Positions 1 through 13,918 are shown, counted from the stretch's first letter. The stretch: 64,000 nucleotides of DNA from Chrysomallon squamiferum (GCA_012295275.1 CM022665.1:22692001-22756000); one strand, 5' to 3'. Notes: generated by a model from the sequence alone, not told the origin. Numbers and translations are program-made.

Positions 1-3000
1 GTGAAACTTAAGACGAACATTAATTTGCAAACAATTTTTTTTTTTTTCTTGTTTTAAATTTTAAAACAAATCTTGTATATACTATTTTAAATTGGTGCTT
101 GTATTTATCTAAAATAAAAAATACAAATGAATTCTATTCTATTTATTCTAAGTTTCTTCTTTTAAGAAGAAGGCATTATTAATCATCTATTTATTATTGT
201 TATATTCAGCCAGTCCTAATAATCTGTTGTTTTATCTTTCATTAATAAATAACCAATTATATTCTTTTTGTTAAACTGAAACAGCAGTTACTTATACCTT
301 TTTTGTTTTTGGATTTTTTCTTTAATATGCATTTTCTTTCTTTCTTTATTTATTTACTTATTTGAATTTTATTTAATATATACATCATGTAAGAAAACAC
401 ATTCCTATAATTACTTTCACTGGTAGATTTAACCAAATTATGATCCCATTTTGTATCCACTGTATTAAACTTTGTATAATTTGCTTACATAGAAAAACTG
501 ATATTTCTCAAAAATAAAAGTGAATTCTAAAATTATGGTTCTTTTTGTAATTAAAAAAAAAGAAAAAAAAAAGAAACTAGAGATTTTAATATATAAAATA
601 TCTTTTCTTTTTTTCTTTCTTAATTTTGTTTTATTACACAAAATTAAATGTTGTTTAAATATGATGTATAACTGGGAAAATTCTATTATCTGTCTATTGC
701 CATGGCATTTCTTATGCATTACATGCAAACATAACAAATAAAAAATAAAAAACAACAAGCCTGGTGCAGAATACATGGTTTATTGGTATATTCACCAAAT
801 CCATAAATAAATATATATGAATATAATACTGATTGTTTTAAGTAAATGTACTAGTTAACTAGTTAAAAATGGAAAATTAAAATCATATGATAGTAAGTTT
901 TTTTTAATACAAACATGTAGTAAATGTATAATTAAAGCAGACAGTTAAATATTATTAAATCATGGGCAAGATAGAATAACACACACAACAGAAAATTGTC
1001 TATCAGTTTTCAGCAAATGTTTTGTGTTTATTGTAAGTCATCCCCTTCATGTTTAATTAAAAAACACTGTAATGTAATGCACTGATGGTCTTTTGTTTTA
1101 TACTGCACAATATTTCAATTATATGTAATATCACTATTAAAATATTATCATCAGTTTCACAAGTTCACAAAATTATAATAATATGCAGGATCATGAAATT
1201 TAAAAAAAAATTGCAGTGAGTATATGAATTATTTATCTTTCTCCAGGAAGGACTACATAATTAGCAACTAAAATAAAAACTGATAAATTTTATCACAGTT
1301 AGAAAACATCTAATAAATAAAAGCACACTGATATAAATTAAAATATCACAGAAAGTGAAAATGGACAGAGGTAAAAATAAATATTAACACAGTAATAGGT
1401 GCATAACATAAAGAGCTATGTTATTTCAGCATTTTGTCTATTAATTTCTGTATTTCTGTATTATGCCTCTCTTTGTGATAACTAGCAGGCATTTTGTGTA
1501 ACAGTATACAGACAGTATAATAATACATTCTTGAGAGATTTTGCAAATAAAATATAATCTGTTTCCTCCTGCAGAATATAATATATATGCTGTAGACAAA
1601 TTAAGCAAAGTAAATTTTAGATGATACCAAATTTAAAGTTTAATGTATAAATTTATCAAATGATAAAAAATTAGAAAGCAAATAAGGTAGTCATTGGTAA
1701 TCTTTTCAAACATTTCTAAAATTATAAACTGTTGAAAATTTCTTTCAGTATCAAAAACAATATTTATATTTTATATGTGGTACATCTTTAAATATTTACA
1801 TCACAATGATGCTGAGGTCTGTTATGATTATGTGTCAAACTGCAGTGACATGTGACCAAAATGAATTTTGAACAGCTATATTTAAATATTAATGTCATTA
1901 TGGCTCCAGTTATCTCATAATAAGAATAAATGATGAAACAACTTTCTGTATTGTCAAATTATGAATCAGCCACAGTTAAAAAGGTAACATTTGTCACATT
2001 GTTTATGAATGTAAATGTGTTAAATATTTGTCATGTATACCTGTACTGCCATTTTATTTCTCACAAAAGAAGGTAAAAATTTATAAATTAAAAAATACAC
2101 AAATATACCACAGGGAAAATCGTGAACATAAGTATGACTATAATGATTAAGTTATAAGTAATTAAATGATGGCTAATTTTATAATCTGTAATCAACTTAG
2201 TCAATCTACTGTTATCACAATTTGCTAATTTATTGAATAAAATAAAACAGTGAACATAAGTTCATAACACACAAGTTTATATAATTAAATTCTTTTTTAA
2301 AAAGAACAAATAAAATAGAAAATAAAAAAAGATTTTGAAAAAATCTTTAGTTTAATTTAGTTAATAACTGTTTTATAAAAATACATTATAAAAAAAGCTT
2401 TTTATCAATAAAAGACAAATTTTAGTCTAGCACTATGCCAAAAACAATAGGCACACATTATTGACACACTCAAAAAGCCAGAATACAGTAATTTCACACA
2501 TATAATTAATGCAAACGGTAAGCTAGTTCAGTAACGTCGAAACTTTACATAAGGAGAGTAATATGACAAGGTTGCCATCTGCAAAAAACAGATAAACAAA
2601 ACTATAAAACTTTCTCGTTTTTGTTTTTAAAATAAACATACAATTATTTTTTTCAAAAATTTACTTTCTGATTGTTCTCTATCAGAAAAAACAAATGAGT
2701 ATGTAGAAATGTATCAAACCATTAATGTTTACAGTAATAAATAAAGGAATGTACATTTCACTGGTGGAATGGAACAAATATGAATTACTTAACAATGTGT
2801 CCATTTTCTCATAATATATTCATAATGTCATCTTCAATATGTTGATTCATTTACAAACTAATAAAATTTAAAAAAAAAAATATATATATACTGAAAATAT
2901 CTATATTCACCTGATTATTCAGAAATAAAAGTTTTATTTCCTAAATAATAACTGCTCAAAAGCTATGTTTATTTATTACTAACACGTTTGAAAGAAATCT

Positions 3001-3997
3001 ATTTTTCATGTAAATACGTATAGCTGAACTAGCACATGGTAAAAATATTCACCAATATTTATATAGTATCTGGTTTGTTTTGTTATTATTATTATTATTA
3101 TTATTACTGTTATTATGCAATTTCGTATGTTTAAATTACAATAATTTTCTATCACCGAATAAATATTCATAGTAAAAAAGGTGCAAACTTTTTTTCTGAT
3201 TAGGAATGTGAATATAGATATGTATACATGTATTGAAAAACAAATTATGATAATACTGGTATATATTTTATAATTCATGTATATGACATATACAAACATG
3301 TATAGATAATGTTATTATTAATACAGTGAAACTTATTATTTATAATAAAATTTTGACATAATCAAACATTCAAGATACTATAAATTCATTTTATTTAGGA
3401 AAAAATTAAATTTAAGGGATGGTTTTAAATTTTTGATTCCTTACAAGTTTAATTCTTTTCGTTTTTTTTGGAAATAATTTTTTTTTTTCCATTCCATAGC
3501 CAAAATCTTATAATTCTGGAAAAAGTCAAAAATAAAAATAAAATATGTTTTTACACTGAAAAAAAGTAATTAATGAATTAACAGTATCTTAGACTTGGGC
3601 AATATGCACCATTTGTATAAAACAATATTGATAAAAAGGTCAATACTTAATATATCAGTAATTCTATTTAATTATTTTTAAAATAATTAATAGAACTGTC
3701 AGCATTTTTATTTATCAATACTGAAATGACATTTATAAATGATTTCACAAAGGCAGTAAAATTTTTTATAAAACAACGGAAAATTGGGGTAAAATCTTTG
3801 GTTTTATGAAGAAAAAAATTAAATAAATAAATATTTAAATAATAAAGTTTTATTTATAAAACTTTATTTTTTTATTTTTTGTTTAAATCTAAATAATGTT
3901 TTTTGAAAAAGGAACAATAAATTGTCATCCTTTCATGAATGAACTTGCAGTCAGTGTGTCTGCCATGATGAGACACAAATTAAAGATGAACTTGCTG

Positions 3998-4033
3998 CTA
4001 GTACCAGTAGAGATCTAAATGATCCAACAAGAC
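3998..4033 (-). CDS. SYNE1: candidate alternative terminal exon, coding part (VLLDHLDLYWY*)
   Basis: Strong acceptor gttgctttgtttttgtccttcctgcag in a local higher-GC island; phase 0 matches w79; no spectrin exon seen in 1-6086. Confidence 0.5.
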   Translation of the reverse strand, partial: VLLDHLDLYWY

Positions 4034-4163
4034 CTGCAGGAAGGACAAAAACAAAGCAACTATATGGTCAGACTGCCACACAAGCCAACAGAAACTGGTT
4101 ATAACAATATTTCCACCACCCCAAAAAAAGAAAAACCCCTATTATAACCAAGTTTAAGATAAA

Positions 4164-4338
4164 GTTAGACTATAGAATAAATAGCTGTCAGAACCCAAGC
4201 TAAAATCTTTTTGCAACCCATCATGTGTTCTGTTAGAACTTTTTGTTAGAACTGATCATAAATGTTTGTTACAAACCAGAAGAAATTACTGTTAGATCCC
4301 TATGTAAATTGTTAGATTCCATCTAAATTAAGGTTAGA
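4164..4338 (-). promoter_or_regulatory. cluster of six UCUAAC (STAR/QKI-type or branch-point-like) motifs
   Basis: GTTAGA on + strand at 4164, 4232, 4245, 4291, 4311 and 4333. Confidence 0.55.
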
Positions 4339-5538
4339 ACATATACCCAATTTAATAAACATTTAGTTTAAAAAATAAAATAAAAAACACACAGTAGATT
4401 TATAATTAGGAGAAAACATAAGCTGATATTTAATTTTATTATAGCATCCAACTAAGTGAAAATTAATTTTAAATAATAATATATAGTTCAACTACATTTC
4501 CTATATAAAAAGAGGAATTATTACATTTAACTGAAATGATATTCTAGCTGGAACTAAAATTGCAGGAAAAATTAAACATAGCTGAACAATAAAGTTATGA
4601 CTTAAACTAATTTTAAAATTTTCTAGGAGTTTTACTTCATAAATAAATTTAATAATGACAATAAAATAGTTTGAATTTAATAGTTATTTGCACTATCTTC
4701 ACTGCCATAAATAATTTATCAATTTACCAGTTTATCAATAGGTGACCAAATTCATTTTCAACAAATACATTTTTCTTTTTATTTATTATTATTATTATTA
4801 TTATTTTTTTTTTTACTTCTCAAAAATTAGTTTTAAAAAGCCAAAAAATAAAATTGCAAAATGAATAAATTGATTTAAAAATTTTTAAAATACAATACAA
4901 AATTTAATATAGATGATATCAGGCCACATGTGCATTTAATAGGATACTGATTCCATTTTTGAATACAATTTTTTTTATATTTCTCAAAGTTGTATTGCCA
5001 AAGCCAAATACTTTCATTTCTTTTCAGTTTTTAAAAATTAATATAAAATATCAAAATAATAAAATTCTGAAATGGTTTTCACTCAGTAATTTTCATAAAA
5101 TATTAATAATGGTCTGTTTTCAAGCTGTCAGGCTATATTTTGCATAAAACTTATTATTCTAGTGTAGAAAAATGAAGACAGTGCTTGTGCTGCAAACTCT
5201 TAAAAATATCACTTGTATAGACAATTTTCAAATATGTTTATATCGGATCACCTAATATTTTAATATTTTTAAAATAAATTAGTATACAGTATTTATATAC
5301 AAACATTTTAACTAACAGGATATATATAAATATATATGTATGTTGTTTCCTTCCAGTTCACTACATATTATCTATTAAGCAGTTACATAACAATTGGAAT
5401 ATGTATATATTTTTCTAGTTGTTCACTAAATACTATTTATTAAGTATTTATATGTATTATAAATAAAAAATAATTAAATAATTAAAATACCATATACAAG
5501 CTCAGGAACAGAAAATAGTCTTTTAATTACTTAAAATA

Positions 5539-5540
<2 letters not shown>

Positions 5541-5586
<46 letters not shown>

Positions 5587-5590
5587 AAAA
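5541..5590. repeat. (TAA)12 microsatellite followed by poly-A
   Basis: read directly. Confidence 0.9.
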
Positions 5591-5931
5591 ATGAAAACAA
5601 GTATTTATTCAGCTGTCAGCATAATACATTATAAAGTTTTTAGTATAAACTGTGCACAAGTTAGAAACAACAAAAGAATATGAAGAGAGTTTAAAGGTTA
5701 TACAGTAGAAATCACAGCACACTAGAGGTCTTGCTTCACAATCCTCCTGTCAAACTTGGTAGAATCTTGCAGAAATTAGATGATTTTTTGCAAGATAAAA
5801 AAAAATTAAAAACTTCAACATGCAAATCCAGCAAGCAAAAAAAAAAACACAACCAAAAAACTGAGAAGACACATTTGTTTTTTAAAATGTACATTTCAAA
5901 AAGTGAAGCATGCAAATAATATCATAACCTG

Positions 5932-5945
5932 GTAGCCATGGCAAC
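5932..5945. promoter_or_regulatory. RFX X-box-like near-palindrome
   Basis: GTAGCCATGGCAAC, one mismatch from GTTGCCATGGCAAC. Confidence 0.4.
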
Positions 5946-6086
5946 AGACAGATATGGAATTCTCCTTTATTGGGAGATAAATAAATGTGTGATAATCTTA
6001 AAGACAGCATCATGGGCCTGGCATCGTGGGAAACATTTCTTTAAGTACAGTAAGTTACACCAAAATATAATAATGTTTGTACTTAC

Positions 6087-6263
6087 CCTGATTTGCCTGG
6101 CAGTTCCTTCAAGATTTAAATAGCTTTCTTCCAAATGTTGTAACTGTGATTGGATTTGCTGGTACAGGCCTGGGACTGACCGGTTGGCAGCAATTAACTC
6201 TTGCCCTTTTTTGTTCACATGGTCGAGCTTGTGTCGGTAATCTTCAATTTCATGCAGCAAAAT
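6087..6263 (-). CDS. SYNE1: exon w79 (177)
   Basis: ILLHEIEDYR..ARQIR|gtaagt; AAG acceptor. Confidence 0.9.
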
Positions 6264-9200
6264 CTTAAAAAATTATAGTAAATGTATTAATAATATCAAA
6301 CAATGGAAAATAAAGAAATAAATTCTACTAGTTTCTATTATTTTAGACTGTTTAAATATGAAATGATTTGATTAAATGCAAAAATTTCATCAGTATACCT
6401 GGACATATTTTGGAACAACATCATTCTGAGCAATTGTCAAAATTCAATCTTTACAGGATGATTATACTTATGGAATTAATATTATTGGATTGAAAATACT
6501 GTAAAGATTGATTAATAAAAATAAATAAAAACTATCTTAATGGGTTCTAAATAGTATTAAGATTGATAAAATGTAACTATAAATTAAATGTATGATGCTT
6601 GGATTGGACAGTGAACAAATACAAGCACAGAACTCAAGAACAAGTAGATGGTCTTCTGACAATAAATAAAAAATAAATTTATTCTGAAATAGCGTCTACT
6701 GACTTATGTTATTTAGATATTTTTTTACATTTTCTATTTTAATGTTTAGTTGTGAATTTGAAAAACGGCTAATAAATCAAAAGCTTACTCTGTGTTTCTC
6801 TATTTGTCTTTGTGTCATTTCTAGAGAACTGACGTTCAGTGAATTGTGAGACATTAGGCGGTATGACATCTGCAGCAGCCATTTCTCAGCCTCCTGTACA
6901 GCTTCATGGAATTCAAAATGGTCCTCGTATGCATTCTGAGTCATTTCTGTCATTTGCTAAAATTATAATGTAAATTCCATTTTAAAATTTATTCATTTCA
7001 GTTTCCCAATCAAAATTTTATTCCTTTCTATTTATAAAATAAATATTACCAGATTTTTAGTAAATGTAATATTTGTTTTAAAAAACAGAGTGGAATAATA
7101 TTGTAAAATATTTATTGAAATTTTTTTATCAAATACAGAGATGCACAATTTAAATATAAAAGTATGTTTTTCTAAAGAAAACAGTATTTAAGAATAAAAT
7201 AACTCAAAACAACATTTATCTACCTGAACCTCTTAATTCAAAAGTAATCAAAAGTGTATTTTTATTCTGAATAATACATAAACTTCAGTGTTATCTGATC
7301 TTTCAAAACACCATACAAATATAAGAACATGCAAACACTTCTTTTATCTCTTTGTGTATTTTACAAATAATTCTAATTAGAAATAGATTTTTAAAAATTA
7401 AAAAATAAACTCTATAATTACCTAGTTGATGAAATGAAATGATTATTTGTAAGTGCATTGATATGTTTATACCTGAGCTTTGGCTTTGACAGTTTTGTAT
7501 CGAAGTTCAATATCTGCCAGTGAAGCAGAAACTTCTGGATTACTGCACAGAGCTTCCAGGTTGGCTACACGGTCAGCCAGCTCATTTACAAGTCGATGGT
7601 GTGTTTCAACATCTTGTAGAATCAACTGAAAATATATTTAAAAAAAATTTATATTAAAAACAAATATTAATCATTATTTTATAATTATATATATATTTTT
7701 TTTTTTCCAGAATGGTTATTTATTTTATTACTTCCATGTTTATTCTGTTTCAAAAATACATTTGTAAGCAAGAAAAACAGCAACAACTAAAACTGCTTAC
7801 TAAAATATTGCTGCTGGCCTAAATAAGGATTTCAAATACCTGAACCTCTGGCAAAGTTAAAAGAAATTTTATATCCCAAAATTTTCTTATCAAGCCTTCT
7901 TGGCATAATATTTTCAACGCTGTAATTTATTCACAGACCACATTAATTTGTTTCAAAATGGTTACAGATCAGTATTTGTTTTTCCAACTGATCAAAAAAA
8001 AATAAAAATAACTTACATACGTGCTAATGCAATTTGAATTAAGGAACTCAAATATCTCAAACTTTGTTAGAAGGAAAAAAAATTATATTATTATCACAAC
8101 ATCTAGGCAAGATATGTTCTTCACCCTAATGTGTTTTCATACCTTGTATTTATCCTGTTGTGTTTTCTTTTCAGGCAGTGTTGCTTTGGCTTCAGGTTCT
8201 TGTCTAAGAATGCTCTCCATATCAGCCAACCATTTGACAATGCTGCCATAGTATTCTTCATATTCATGCCATCGTTGCTGTACACCCTCCAACATGCTGG
8301 TGCATTCACTAATGAGGTCGTTCAATTTTTCCCAGTCATTGGTTAAATCTGTTACTTGCTTTTCGACGAGCTTTTTGCCTTCTTTTGAAGTGTTGGGCAA
8401 AATCTTCTCAGCCATGTCACAAACAAAGTTTACCTTCTGAAGGCCTTCATCCATGCTGGATGTTACATCCTAAAAATTACAAACCAAAAATATTTATATT
8501 TAAATTCTCTTTGAAATTATTATATGTTTGCTGTAAGATTTCAACAGTTTTAAATTTAATTGAACTTTTTTATTTTTTTATTTTATATAATCCATGATGA
8601 TGTGATATGAATTGTACGCAAATGTCACAAATTACCCATAATTACCTTGCTAGCACAGCAAGCCGAATAAGACAGTTCAAGTGTTCATTTATTTCAGGAA
8701 AAAACCCACCTAATTCTAAATAAGAAAGATGTTTGCTGAACTATTTAAAGTAAGACCTGTCACAATGACACAACCAGTGCTAGACAAAATCTGTCTTACT
8801 TTAATATCTTCTATTCTGTCTTGAATTGAGTGCCAGTCTCCAGAGGTGTCAAAGCAAGCTCTAACTTTTTCTTCTGTCTGTGAAAGCCATTTGGCAGCAG
8901 CACTCAGAGTATCATCATAGAGTTGTTGGTCATGAAGATTATCTCTCAGTCTTTGAAGCATGCTCTGAAATAATTAAAATACACATTTATTTGTCTACTT
9001 AAAATAAAGCCACATAAATATTCTAAGTCTAAAAAAAATTAAAATTAAAAATAAAACAAGGAAAAGAAAACAAATTGTTTGAAAAACAGCTGACTGTAAA
9101 ACTGATCTGTTTCATTTAATTTCACTTTCTTTTCTTTAATAACGATATTTAATCAGCAATATCAAAGTTACCTTTGCTGAAGAACAGAGTGACTGGTACT

Positions 9201-12200
9201 TTGTGGATAGCTGCATCATACTGTTTGACAGCCGTGGATCACTACTTCTCTGTGCAATAGAGTCACCTTTCTCACGAACTTTATCTAAAGATTCTTTCTT
9301 TGCAATAACATCATCATAAAGATCCTGCAGTAGATAAGAACAGTACATTGTATTATGTATGTAATATATTGAGTAAATAAGAACTATTGTTTCTATAAAT
9401 AGAAATCAAGAAGCACTTGTTAGAAATTATTAAATTTTCTGCATCTGAGAAACAATTACCATTTCATCAAATTATAAATTTTCAAATAATGAGACTATTA
9501 TTACTATCAACAACTACAACAAAAATGAAAATACTAAGTGATAAAAACAAAAGTCTCCCACAAATGTTTAAAATAATACCAACCTCTCCCTCTTTGTACT
9601 GACGCATCTTCTGGGTCTGATTTGCACGAGGCTGTAACAAAGCCTTCACTTCTTTTTCCATTTTGTCTAACCATGTTAACAATGCAATGTGGTCATCATC
9701 CAATTCAAGCCAGTTTGAAATGCATGTTTCTAAATTGTTCTCTACATCAGCCACTGCAGTGGAGAAAGCTCCCCAGTCTTCTTGTAATGACTGGATCTCC
9801 CGTCTGATAATGTCCTGTCCACGATAAGCCGTTGTCTGACACAGTCGATCACCAAAAGCAGCAACACGACTGACCATGTCCTGACCTGTTTGTAAATCTG
9901 CCTTGAAATCCTGAAATAAATGTTTGAAATGAATATCAAAATTTGTATTTATCTGGATTGAAAGTGTGTTGTACACATATGTACAAAATGTAGGCTTACA
10001 CATTATAATAATAATAATTTTTTATTTTTTTTTTTAAATTCTGCATACCAAATGAATGTTGTACACTTTTTAAATCAGCTTATATATATATATATATACA
10101 GAAAGACATGTCAACACAATAAGATAGATTTATTTTGGGATATGGTCTGCTATTTTTTTCTTAACATTTAATAATTCTATTTATAATTTCTATGTTTATT
10201 AATTAACATACCCTGAGTTGCTGGAGCCTATCTTGTAGTGTTCTCTTGTCACCAGAATAGTCACTAAGTCTTTGTAATCGATGTTTAGTGTTGGCTAGCC
10301 AGTCAAGACAGCCAATGTAGGCTTTACGATATTCCTCGTGGCCTTTTACATGATCTTCAGCCTTTGCCAAGGCTTCCTACAAATTTGTTTAATATGTGAA
10401 CATTTAGCAGTGTAATATATAATCCTTAAATATTTATTCATAAACCCCATTATGATCTAAGTGAATACTTTTTAAATAATTTAATACACATCTCTTTATT
10501 AGTTTGCTTTTCAGTAGGTGATACATTAAAGATATATAAATATCTTTAAAACAAATTATTTTCAATGTGGTTGTCGGTTTCATAAAATAATTTCATGTTA
10601 TTTCATTTTTTTTTTTTTAGTAAATCTCTGACAGGACGGAAGAGAAAAGAAAATCAATAAATTAATTATTCTTATAATTCTCAATTGCTAAAAGAAATTA
10701 ATTTAACTTTTAAGTCACTATTTACAACTGAGGTCTGAAGTCTAAACATAATATTAATGTCGTATTTATAACTATAATTAAAATCATGATGTTTACCTTA
10801 CTGATTGCTACAACATTCTGAAACCTAGAAAATAATCCTGCCAAATTACTTCCAGGTGATGAATCTTTCACAAGATCAGCTTTATCTCTAAGTTTATCCA
10901 AAACATCCTGATGCCCTTTGATATCATTTTCTATTGCCTGTAAAAAACAAAAAATTAAAATTGTTAAAAAAGTAAATGACTAATAATAATATTAATTAAA
11001 AGCAAGAAAACGTAACTACATTATTATCAGCTTGTTTACTTATAAGGATACAAAAATAATCTTTAGCTTTATTTTGATTGAAAAGTAGTCAAATTAAAAC
11101 AGATAAAGCTAATAAATACAAGTAAAATAATATATACCTAAAACTGAATTATAACATTTAAAAATAAACAAAAAAACAAATGTACAATTAAAACTGTATC
11201 AAAATTGTGAATAAATATTAAGAAATGAAAGTGCAAACAAACCTTGAATTTTTCCAGATTTGAACGTTTCTCAGGAAGATCTGCTTTATAGTCTTGATCC
11301 ATCCTCAGTTTGGTTTCCACATCAGTGAGCCATCTTTCCATCTGTGAGTACAGACGGTCAAAATCACTCCAGTGAGTCAGTGCATTTTCCAAACTGCGTC
11401 TAGCTTGTGACATTTTAGTGAGAATATTCTCATATTCACTCTTTGCAGCATCAGTTTCTTGTCTGATGACATGACAACCCTTTTGATTGGTTGTTGGTAA
11501 TGTTTTCTCAGAACTTTCTAAAAGAGCCCGCAACAGATTATGTCCGTGATCCATGAAGTCTTGCATTTGCTGAATCAAATAGAAAATAAAAAATAACAAA
11601 ACTGAGGATATTAAGGATATTTTGGATTTTTGAAAAATCTAGTCACCTGACTTTTTCTTTATTTAATTTTTGGGTTTTTAATTTGTTTTTACTATTCATA
11701 TAATCTGATAATGAAAATGAGAAATGTTGTAATACTGAATAATTTACATCACTATGGATTTTTAAAAATATTTTAATTTTCTGTAATTTTTATGCCAGCA
11801 ATTAACAAACACTTTTCTAACTTAAACAAATAATAAATCTATTTTTTCCTTTTTGAATGTTTAATATTCATAGTGGTTTTTTTTTTTTCTTTCTTTCCTT
11901 CTTTGATTTTTAACAGGATTAAAACAAATAGTAATTTGTTAAATTTAATATTATGTTAGGGAACTGTAGTTATTTCATAATTTGTGCAAGGTACATAGTG
12001 CTATAACAATTCACCTAAAAACAATAAACAAACAAAAACAACAACAAATTAAACAACACAACCAGATAATAAAACCAATAATTAACTGAAACTGGGAAAA
12101 GTGATGCATAATAAGGAAATCCAAGCTTTGAAATAAGTTTTTATTGACATAATTATTTCATAATCAACTGTAAAGGCTTCAGTCTTTTTCTCTGTATTAT

Positions 12201-13326
12201 TTAAGATATTTATTTTATCAATGCTATAGTTCAGTTTAATAATATAGTTAATTATAGTCAAGAAATCTGTAAGATAATTAATAATAGTTTAATATTACAA
12301 AATATACTTTAAAATGCTCATTGCAAGTGCTTGGGTGAATAGACTGATAGTTGATTGGTATTTTTAATGTCTATTTAGGCTTTATTAAAAATACAAGGGG
12401 GCGGGGTTGAAAAAATGTATACTAATTCATATTTAAAGCATTAAGTCCTTGATCTTGAAGTGCATAATTTAATTCACTCAGTGCATATTCTTACCACTTC
12501 TATAGGTCTCTGAAATATTAGTTATTACCAAAGTTGAATTTTTTTCATGAACAACACAGATTAATTCTTTAATTTATAATGTTTTTAACCACACTTTTAA
12601 CAACTATTAATGTCACTTTGCTGATTCTTCTTTACTAAGAATGAATCCAAAGCAAATTTTAATAAGATAATCATAACCAGAATTAGGAGAATAACTTGAA
12701 TAATATAACAGGAATGCTAAAAAAAAAGACTGAAGATTAATAAAAACTACTAATTTCATTTTGCTGCTGATCAGTTCATTCTTCTAATGAATTTCAAAAC
12801 AAAATTTAGTAATATAAATATAAATTAAAAAATAATGATCAGTATCGTAAGAACAGTATATAATATACAAAAGAAAAACAAGAACATCAATTTGCCTGCA
12901 GTGGGCTTAACTTTTCAGTGTATCTACTACATTTTTGTAAAAAGAGAAAATAGACTTACATCCAGATGATCAAGCTTGGTTCCAATGCTGTCCTTAGAGC
13001 CACGATCATCCTCTGCTTCCTGCAGCTTACGTTTCATTTCCACTAGCCAGTCTCCAAACTGTGACTTCTTCTGTTTGTATGATGCATGATTTTTGTATGA
13101 TGCTTCTAGACTACTGACTAGGTCCTAAAAATGAATTTAAGAAGATTAATAACAATGTGATGATGAAAACAACAACAACAGTCTGAAGACATAAATTGTT
13201 AATATGTATTTCTGTTAACTTTAATGTAATACTGCATTAGTACATCATTATAAAAATAATAATATTTATAGGGTTTTTTCTAAAGTATTTTCAGTTCTTA
13301 TCAACAATTTTTATTTATTATTAAAG

Positions 13327-13358
<32 letters not shown>

Positions 13359-13886
13359 CTTTTTTTTACAGTGATGTGTTTACCATGAAGATAAACTTAA
13401 AATAATGAAAATAATTTCAATTGTTAACATATCATGATTTTTTATTTATTTAGAAAAGAAAGGAAAATTAGAGGGTTACTTTTGATAGAGCAATGACTGC
13501 TTGATAGCGTGTTGTTATCTGTGTTATGGAATGTGAGATTCTTGCATCAGCATTTGTCTCAAGAAGAGCATGTCCCTTTTCACTGACAATGTCTAATGAT
13601 GACTGGTGTGCCAATATGTCATCCAGATGTCGCTGGACATGAAAAAATAAAATATATAAATGAAAAAATCAAAATAACAATAATAAAAACAATAATGAAA
13701 AATTTATAATTTGAAGGAAAGAAACCTAAACACACATCCAAAAATCAGTTAAACCTTTAAAACATAACCATGTAGTTATTACTTTTTAAACTGAGCTGAA
13801 TATAACTTCATAAATTGTGCTAAGAAATAATGTGATAATTATCTGTTCATAATAATACTTCACATAATCATCTTTATTATTATTAT

Positions 13887-13918
<32 letters not shown>

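Noticed and set aside
465-5147. F/I/K/Y-rich ORFs (465-776, 520-741, 3006-3299, 4959-5147) and similar ones elsewhere
   Set aside because: Low-complexity translations of AT-rich intron or UTR and microsatellites.
7221-7849. Repeated 12-mer TACCTGAACCTC flanking w77, each copy a possible 8-nt exon AGGTTCAG
   Set aside because: Frame-shifting length, and the 6-nt version needs a GAG acceptor; most likely chance.
12396-12407. GGGGGCGGGG GC-box-like motif
   Set aside because: Isolated, with no CpG island or promoter context.
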